From a virus (lineage: Duplodnaviria; Heunggongvirae; Uroviricota; Caudoviricetes), in IMG/VR virus record IMGVR_UViG_2529292853_000006: a DNA stretch of 47,785 nt. One strand, 5' to 3'. The position numbers were made by a program, and so were the translations under genes. Below the pieces are notes generated by a model. That model made no database searches. It was given only the letters and a program-made list of their open reading frames with translations, and was not told the DNA's origin. Below, piece by piece: positions 47,527 through 47,785 of the stretch; within the stretch, counting starts at the first letter, position 1; each line of letters opens with the position of its first letter.

Positions 47527-47785
47527 TGCCACTGCTGGATAAGCTGCGTGAGCAGTACGGGGTCGGACCGCTATGCAGCGAACTGCATATTGCCCCGTCA
47601 ACGTATTACCACTGTCAGCAACAGCGACATCATCCGGATAAACGCAGTGCCCGTGCGCAGCGCGATGACTGGCTGAAGAAAGAGATACAGCGCGTATACG
47701 ATGAAAATCACAAGGTATACGGTGTGCGTAAAGTCTGGCGTCAGTTGTTACGGGAAGGTATCAGAGTGGCCAGATGCACTGTGGC
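47523..47785 (+). CDS. IS629-like transposase OrfB, 5' part (in -1 frame relative to OrfA; truncated by window end)
   Basis: [33 protein letters not shown]... begins in the A-run at the orfA stop. Confidence 0.8.

Overview
This window looks like an Escherichia/Shigella-type accessory region dominated by one near-complete Rac-family lambdoid prophage, followed by an IS-element graveyard. All calls are from reading the sequence and ORF track and from recalled protein families; no searches were run. The prophage late operon runs on the minus strand: tail genes (L, M, tape measure, G/G-T chaperone with a -1 frameshift site, tail tube, completion proteins), head genes (capsid, scaffold, MuF-like, portal), terminase, a ParB-like plus GT-A-like gene pair, trkG, a phage-21-type lysis cassette (pinholin, SAR endolysin, Rz/Rz1), two moron lipoproteins with TolA C-terminal-domain-like sequence, Q with a pR'/tR' signature, and YbcO/YbcN-like nin genes. 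A roughly 7.5 kb non-phage cargo block sits where the nin region would be (YeaR-like, YdhP-like MFS, ChaC-like, LysR, DUF2254, BetT-like transporter). The early region follows: an O-like replication gene containing iteron arrays, ydaT/ydaS, racR with ATGTACT operator repeats, ydaG/ydaF, sieB, kilR, ydaE, racC, recE/recT, ralR, ydaC, xisR, and an intR truncated by an IS2 fragment plus an IS91-family element. Beyond that are hicAB under a perfect consensus sigma70 promoter, an IS1 with no target-site duplication and a nonsense-mutated insB, IS3-family fragments and a partial IS629-like element. The most interesting candidates for undescribed biology are the tandem TolA-domain-III-like lipoproteins between Q and the holin, and the translationally coupled ParB-like/GT-A-like pair next to the terminase. 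No CRISPR array, rRNA or tRNA was found.
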